37,771 nucleotides of DNA, taken from a bacterium (GTDB lineage: Bacteria > Patescibacteriota > Microgenomatia > JAMCZE01). This document shows, piece by piece, positions 35,683 through 37,771 of the stretch (its first letter is position 1; every line of letters starts with the position of its first letter). The notes below the pieces were generated by a model. The model made no database searches, had not been told where the DNA came from, and saw only the letters and a list, made by a program, of their open reading frames with translations. The translations under genes were made by a program, and so were the position numbers. The stretch is from NCBI GenBank assembly GCA_021788195.1, contig JAJYKY010000003.1, positions 1 through 37,771 on the forward strand, read 5' to 3'.

Positions 35683-37771
35683 ATGGCAAAGAAAACGATT
35701 AAAAAAGAAATTGAGATTGCCGGGCGAACCCTGACTCTCGAAATCAATAAGATGGCCTTTCAGGCCAATGCTTCCGTTATCGCCCGCTATGGGGATACCG
35801 AAGTTTTAGCTACGGTTGTTTCGGCCGGAGCCAAGCCGGGCCAGGGGTTTTTCCCGTTAACAGTCGATTTTGTTGAACGGCTTTACGCCGGCGGGATTAT
35901 CAAAGGCTCGCGCTGGGTCAAACGGGAAGGCCGGCCGACCGACGAAGCGATCCTGACCGGGCGTTTAATCGACCGCTCCATCCGGCCGCTTTTCCCCAAG
36001 GACTTTATGGATGAAGTCCAGGTAACAGTGACGCTTCTTTCGACTGACGGCCAAAACGACTACGATGTTTTGTCCATTATTGCCGCTTCGGCTGTCTTGC
36101 ATGTTTCCAACATTCCCTGGAAAGGTCCGGTCGGGGCGGTCCGGGTCGGCTACGTTCGTCCGACTACCGGCGAAGAGAGCCTGGTGGCTAATCCTTTGGT
36201 TTCCGAAATGGAATTTTCCGATCTGGATTTAGTGGTTTCCGGAATTACCGATGGCATCATTATGGTCGAAGCCGGAGCCAAGCAGCTGCCGGAAGACAAG
36301 ATGACCCAAGGAGCCGGTTTTGCTTTTGAGGAGATTAAAAAAATTATCAAGGCTTTGGACGAACTGCGTGAAGAGGTCGGCCAGGAAAAGTATCCGTATG
36401 AAGGTAAAGCGATCAACAAGGATCTTTTGGCGCAAATCGAAAAAGACCATTGGAAAGACCTTGAACCCCTGGTTTTTACCGGTGATCCGATGTCCAAACC
36501 CAAGACTCACCTGATTGACGAATCGAAAGCGGCTTTCATGGAAGAATACGCTGACAATAAGGATAAAGGCCAGATTTCGGAACTGGTAGAGCAAATTATC
36601 AAAAAGCATGTCCGGGAAGCGATCTTAAAAAAGAAGGCCCGGACTGACGGCCGCAAACCGACTGAAGTCCGGCCGATTTCGGCTGAGGTAGGGATTTTGC
36701 CGCGGACCCACGGGTCGGCGCTTTTTCAGCGGGGCTTAACCCAGATTCTTTCCGTCGCCACTTTAGCCGGGCCGTCTTTGGAACAATGGATTGAAACAGC
36801 CGAAGGGACGGAAGAAAAACGCTATTTGCACCACTACAGTGATCCGCCGTACGCCGTCGGCGAAACCGGCCGGATCGGGACTCCCGGGCGCCGGGAAATC
36901 GGTCACGGGGCCTTAGCGGAACGGGCGTTGCGGGCAGTTATTCCGTCCCAGGAAACTTTCCCTTACACCATCCGGGTAGTGTCCGAAGTCTTGTCCAGCA
37001 ACGGTTCGACTTCCATGGGTTCAACCTGTGGTTCCACTTTGTCTTTAATGGATGCCGGAGTTCCGATTCTGGCTCCGGTTTCGGGAGTAGCGATGGGGAT
37101 AATTGCCGACAGCGCCAAAGATTACCTTATCTTAACCGACATTGCTGCCTTTGAGGATTTTTACGGCAACATGGATTTCAAAGTGGCCGGAACCGAAAAA
37201 GGAATTACCGCTCTCCAATTGGACGTGAAGTTGAACGAAGATTTTCGGGGGCTGACGGTGGAAATGATCGAAAAGATTTTTACCCAGGCGCGGGATGGCC
37301 GGATGTTTATTCTCGAAAAAATGCTGGCCGTAATTCCGGAAAGCCGGAAGAAAGTCAGCCAGTACGCGCCGAAAGTCGTGACGCTAAAGATCCCGACGGA
37401 AAAGATCGGCGAGGTTATCGGCCCGGGCGGCCGGAATATCAGAAACATTATTGCCATGACGACGGCTTCGGTCGATATTGAAGACGACGGAACGGTAACG
37501 ATTACATCGGTTGATGCTGAAGCCGTCCAGAAAGCCTCGGACTGGATAACCGGGATGACCCGGGAAATTCAGGTCGGAGAGGAATTTGAGGGCGAAGTAA
37601 AAAGGATTTTGCCGTTCGGGGCGTTTGTGGAATTCTTACCGGGTAAGGAAGGCATGGTTCACGTTTCCAAAATGTCGCCGAAGTATATCGCCAATCCGGA
37701 AGAAGTGGTTAAGATCGGCGATAAAGTCAAAGTCAAGGTAACAGAGATTGACGATATGGGCCGGATAAATC
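35683..37771 (+). CDS. pnp: Polyribonucleotide nucleotidyltransferase (3' end beyond window; absent from the ORF track)
   Basis: Hand translation from ATG 35683 gives FFPLTVDF, REGRP, RLIDRSIRPLFP, RTHGSALFQRG, RREIGHG, MDFKVAG, KH (IGPGG) and S1 (FGAFVE). Confidence 0.97.
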   Translation, partial: MAKKTIKKEIEIAGRTLTLEINKMAFQANASVIARYGDTEVLATVVSAGAKPGQGFFPLTVDFVERLYAGGIIKGSRWVKREGRPTDEAILTGRLIDRSIRPLFPKDFMDEVQVTVTLLSTDGQNDYDVLSIIAASAVLHVSNIPWKGPVGAVRVGYVRPTTGEESLVANPLVSEMEFSDLDLVVSGITDGIIMVEAGAKQLPEDKMTQGAGFAFEEIKKIIKALDELREEVGQEKYPYEGKAINKDLLAQIEKDHWKDLEPLVFTGDPMSKPKTHLIDESKAAFMEEYADNKDKGQISELVEQIIKKHVREAILKKKARTDGRKPTEVRPISAEVGILPRTHGSALFQRGLTQILSVATLAGPSLEQWIETAEGTEEKRYLHHYSDPPYAVGETGRIGTPGRREIGHGALAERALRAVIPSQETFPYTIRVVSEVLSSNGSTSMGSTCGSTLSLMDAGVPILAPVSGVAMGIIADSAKDYLILTDIAAFEDFYGNMDFKVAGTEKGITALQLDVKLNEDFRGLTVEMIEKIFTQARDGRMFILEKMLAVIPESRKKVSQYAPKVVTLKIPTEKIGEVIGPGGRNIRNIIAMTTASVDIEDDGTVTITSVDAEAVQKASDWITGMTREIQVGEEFEGEVKRILPFGAFVEFLPGKEGMVHVSKMSPKYIANPEEVVKIGDKVKVKVTEIDDMGRIN

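Overview
A 37.8-kb gene-dense bacterial chromosomal segment. Gene content and style (short IF2, short HrcA, no rimP/rbfA in the nusA-infB cluster, many orphan membrane proteins) suggest a Patescibacteria/CPR genome, probably Microgenomates; this is inference. The right part (24.7-37.8 kb) is housekeeping: groESL and hrcA-grpE-dnaK-dnaJ, each with a CIRCE operator, then nusA-infB-DHH-rpsO-pnp (pnp runs off the edge). The left part is envelope/accessory: a HIT protein, a membrane-anchored class A beta-lactamase-like hydrolase, OpgC, a three-gene flavinylation/redox module (FMN-binding protein, ApbE, RnfD/NqrB-like:NAD(P)H reductase fusion), a two-component-linked MacAB-type operon, a PAS kinase/receiver pair, VKOR, NRAMP, RNase HII and an M23 peptidase. 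The best candidate for an undescribed system is at 15.1-20.5 kb. Two paralogous exported Asn/Thr/Gly-rich proteins share one long repeat (GNGADSxN...QxNxA...SGxN...KNTGG...TGD). One is secreted with a very strong RBS and the other is membrane-anchored through Pro/Thr/Ser linkers. A strong hairpin separates them, and they are flanked by two exported accessory-like genes and a translationally coupled atypical ClpP. The layout resembles a curli/Fap/chaplin-like surface fibre. No rRNA, tRNA, CRISPR or mobile element was recognised. All calls come from reading motifs by eye; no searches were run.
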